NCBI RefSeq assembly: GCF_036365525.1
Contig: NC_090399.1
Coordinates: 66,210,862-66,274,861, forward strand
DNA: 64,000 nt
Reading direction: 5' to 3'
Source of the DNA: Heterodontus francisci
Taxonomy: Eukaryota
The notes under the pieces are model-generated. The model did no database searches and was not told the origin of the DNA. It saw only the letters and a list, made by a program, of their open reading frames with translations. The position numbers and the translations under genes are program-made. Positions 60,401 to 64,000 of this stretch are shown piece by piece; the first letter of the stretch is position 1; each line of letters begins with the position of its first letter.

Positions 60401-63400
60401 CCCTCGCACTCAGTTCCCCCCTCACTCGTTCACTCGCTCTCAGATCCCCCCTCACTCGTTCACTCGTTCTCAGATCCCCCCTCACTCGTTCCCTGACTCT
60501 CAGTTCCCCCCTCACTCGTTCCCTGACTCTCAGTTCCCCCCTCACTCGTCCCCCCGCTCAGTTCCCCCCTCACTTGTTCCCTCGCTCTCAGTTACCCCCT
60601 CGCTCGTCCCCTCGCTCTCAGTTCCCCCCTCGCTCTCAGTTCCCCCCTCGCTCGTCCCCTCGCTCTCAGTTCCCCCCTCGCTCTCAGTTCCCCCCTCGCT
60701 CTCAGTTCCCCCCTCGCTCGTTCCCTCGCTCTCAGTTCCCCCCTCACTCGTTCCCTTGCTCTCAGTTCCCCCCTCACTCGTTCCCTCGCTCTCAGTTCCC
60801 CCCTCACTCGTTCCCTCGCTCTCAGTTCCCCCCTCACTCGTTCCCTCGCTCTCAGTTCCCCCCTCACTCGTTCACTCGCTCTCAGTTCCCCCCTCACTCG
60901 TCCCCTCGCTCTCAGTTCCCCCCTCACTCGATCCCTCGCTCTCAGTTCCCCCCTCACTCGTTCCCTCGCTCTCAGTTCCCCCCTCACTCGTTCCCTCGCT
61001 CTCAGTTCCCCCCTCACTCGTTCCCTCGCTCTCAGTTCCCCCCTCACTCGTTCCCTCGCTCTCAGTTCCCCCCTCACCTGTTCTGTCGCTCACAGTTCCC
61101 CCTCACTCGTCCCCTTGCTCTCAGTTCCCCCCTCACTCGTTCCCTCGCTCTCAGTTCCCTCCTCACTCGTTCCCTCGCACTCAGTTCCCCCCTCACTCGT
61201 TCACTCGCTCTCAGATCCCCCCTCACTCGTTCACTCGTTCTCAGATCCCCCCTCACTCGTTCCCTGACTCTCAGTTCCCCCCTCACTCGTTCCCTGACTC
61301 TCAGTTCCCCCCTCACTCGTCCCCCCGCTCAGTTCCCCCCTCACTTGTTCCCTCGCTCTCAGTTACCCCCTCGCTCGTCCCCTCGCTCTCAGTTCCCCCC
61401 TCGCTCTCAGTTCCCCCCTCGCTCGTCCCCTCGCTCTCAGTTCCCCCCTCGCTCTCAGTTCCCCCCTCGCTCTCAGTTCCCCCCTCGCTCGTTCCCTCGC
61501 TCTCAGTTCCCCCCTCACTCGTTCCCTTGCTCTCAGTTCCCCCCTCACTCGTTCCCTCGCTCTCAGTTCCCCCCTCACTCGTTCCCTCGCTCTCAGTTCC
61601 CCCCTCACTCGTTCACTCGCTCTCAGTTCCCCCCTCACTCGTCCCCTCGCTCTCAGTTCCCCCCTCACTCGTCCCCTCGCTCTCAGTTCCCCCCTCACTC
61701 GATCCCTCGCTCTCAGTTCCCCCCTCACTCGTTCCCTCGCTCTCAGTTCCCCCCTCACTCGTTCCCTCGCTCTCAGTTCCCCCCTCACTCGTTCCCTCGC
61801 TCTCAGTTCCCCCCTCACTCGTTCCCTCGCTCTCAGTTCCCCCCTCACCTGTTCTGTCGCTCACAGTTCCCCCTCACTCGTCCCCTTGCTCTCAGTTCCC
61901 CCCTCACTCGTTCCCTCGCTCTTAGTTCCCCCCTCACTCGTTCCCTCACTCTCAGTTCCCCCCTCACTCGTTCACACACTATCAGTTCCCCCCTCACTCG
62001 TTCCCTCGCTCTCAGTTCCCCCCTCACTCGTTCACTCACTCTCAGTTCCCCCCTCACTCGTTCGCTCACTCTCAGTTCCCCCTCACTCGTTCGCTGACTC
62101 TCAGTTCCCCCCTCACTCGTTCGCTCACTCTCAGTTCCCCCCTCACTCGTTCGCTCACTCTCAGTTCCCCCCTCACTCGTTCGCTCACTCTCAGTTCCCC
62201 CCTCACTCGTTCGCTCACTCTCAGTTCCCCCCTCACTCGTTCGCTCACTCTCAGTTCCCACCTCACTCGTTCGCTCACTCTCACTTCCCCCGTCACTGGT
62301 TCACTCGCACTCAGTTCCCCCCTGACTCTCTCACTCACTCTCAGTTCCCCCCTCATTCATTCACTCACTCTCCGTTCCCCCCTCATTCATTCACTCACTC
62401 TCAGTTCCCCCCTCACTCGTACACCCGCTCTCAGTTCCCCCCTCGCTCGTTCTCTCGCTCTCAGTTCCCCCCTCGCTCGTTCCCTCGCTCTCAGTTCCCC
62501 CCTCGCTCTCAGTTCCCCCCCTCGCTCGTTCCCTCGCTCTCAGTTCCCCCCTCACTCGTTCCCTCGCTCTCAGTTCCCCCCTCACTCGTTCCCTCGCTCT
62601 CAGTTCCCCCCTCACTCGTTCCCTCGCTCTCAGTTCCCCCCTCACTCGTTCCCTCGCTCTCAGTTCCCCCCTCACTCGTTCCCTCGCTCTCAGTTCCCCC
62701 CTCACTCGTTCCCTCGCTCTCAGTTCCCCCCTCACTCGTTCCCTCGCTCTCAGTTCCCCCCTCACTCGTTCCCTCGCTCTCAGTTCCCCCCTCACTCGTT
62801 CCCTCGCTCTCAGTTCCCCCCTCACTCGTTCCCTCGCTCTCAGTTCCCCCCTCACTCGTTCCCTCGCTCTCAGTTCCCCCCTCACTCGTTCCCTCGCTCT
62901 CAGTTCCCCCCTCACTCGTTCCCTCGCTCTCAGTTACCCCCTCACTCGTTCCCTCGCTCTCAGTTACCCCCTCACTCGTTCCCTCGCTCTCAGTTACCCC
63001 CTCACTCGTTCCCTCGCTCTCAGTTCCCCCCTCACTCGTTCCCTCGCTCTCAGTTACCCCCTCACTCGTTCCCTCGCTCTCAGTTACCCCCTCACTCGTC
63101 CCCTCGTTCTCAGTTCCCCCCTCACTCGTTCCCTCGCTCTCAGTTCCCCCCTCACTCGTTCACACACTATCAGTTCCCCCCTCACTCGTTCCCTCGCTCT
63201 CAGTTCCCCCCTCACTCGTTCCCTCGCTCTCAGTTCCCCCCTCACTCGTTCACTCACTATCAGTTCCCCCCTCACTCGTTCCCTCGCTCTCAGTTCCCCC
63301 CTCACTCGTTCGCTCACTCTCAGTTGCCCCCTCACTCGTTCGCTCACTCTCAGTTTCCCCCTCACTCGTTCGCTCACTCTCAGATCCCCCCTCACTCGTT

Positions 63401-64000
63401 CGCTCACTCTCAGTTCCCCCCTCACTCGTTCCCTCGCTCTCAGTTCCCCCCTCACTCGTTCCCTCGCTCTCAGTTCCCCCCCTCACTCGTTCCCTCGCTC
63501 TCAGTTCCCCCCCTCACTCGTTCCCTCGCTCTCAGTTCCCCCCTCACTCGTTCCCTCGCTCTCAGTTCCCCCCTCACTCGTTCCCTCGCTCTCAGTTCCC
63601 CCCTCACTCGTTCCCTCGCTCTCAGTTCCCCCCTCACTCGTTCCCTCGCTCTCAGTTCCCTCCTCACTCGTTCCCTCGCTCTCAGTTCCCTCCTCACTCG
63701 TTCCCTCGCACTCAGTTCCCCCCTCACTCGTTCACTCGCTCTCAGATCCCCCCTCACTCGTTCACTCGTTCTCAGATCCCCCCTCACTCGTTCCCTGACT
63801 CTCAGTTCCCCCCTCACTCGTTCCCTGACTCTCAGTTCCCCCCTCACTCGTCCCCCCGCTCAGTTCCCCCCTCACTTGTTCCCTCGCTCTCAGTTACCCC
63901 CTCGCTCGTCCCCTCGCTCTCAGTTCCCCCCTCGCTCTCAGTTCCCCCCTCGCTCGTCCCCTCGCTCTCAGTTCCCCCCTCGCTCTCAGTTCCCCCCTCG
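51490..64000. repeat. 30-bp pyrimidine-rich minisatellite, >12.5 kb, running off the window, with higher-order duplications
   Basis: Unit CTCAGTTCCCCCCTCACTCGTTCCCTCGCT with variants; roughly 400 units. Confidence 0.97.

Noticed and set aside
51044-64000. Giant ORFs (up to 2250 aa; SQFPPHSFPR, RVRGELRARE repeats)
   Set aside because: Translations of a stop-poor 26/30-bp minisatellite, open in several frames and both strands, inside an MHC intron

Overview
Vertebrate genomic DNA, almost certainly a cartilaginous fish (shark): it carries HE1-type V-SINEs, CR1/HER1-type LINEs and a shark-type MHC class I tail. 1-12.5 kb and 30.5-37.6 kb are nested, decayed retroelements (CR1 LINEs, SINEs, a Ty3/Gypsy LTR element, a Penelope terminal repeat). 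12.5-30.5 kb is a head-to-tail array of young, GC/CpG-rich Tx1-clade non-LTR retrotransposons: one 5'-truncated, two full-length and one internally deleted. Every intact junction in this array maps to the same point of a 69-bp minisatellite unit (...CAGGACAGGTACAGCA|CGGGGTTAGATAC...), with stacks of poly(A) plus truncated target units between elements. This looks like a minisatellite-targeting, array-building retrotransposon and is the main finding. 37.6-64 kb is the 3' half of an MHC class I heavy-chain gene on the minus strand (alpha3, TM and two cytoplasmic exons with intact splice sites and frame). Three of its introns hold different minisatellites (72 bp; 47/51 bp; 26/30 bp, the last >13 kb), and the long TM intron also holds a Penelope element and CR1 debris. 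The very long ORFs at 46.7-64 kb are tandem-repeat artefacts. Boundaries of old repeats are approximate, and no database searches were run.
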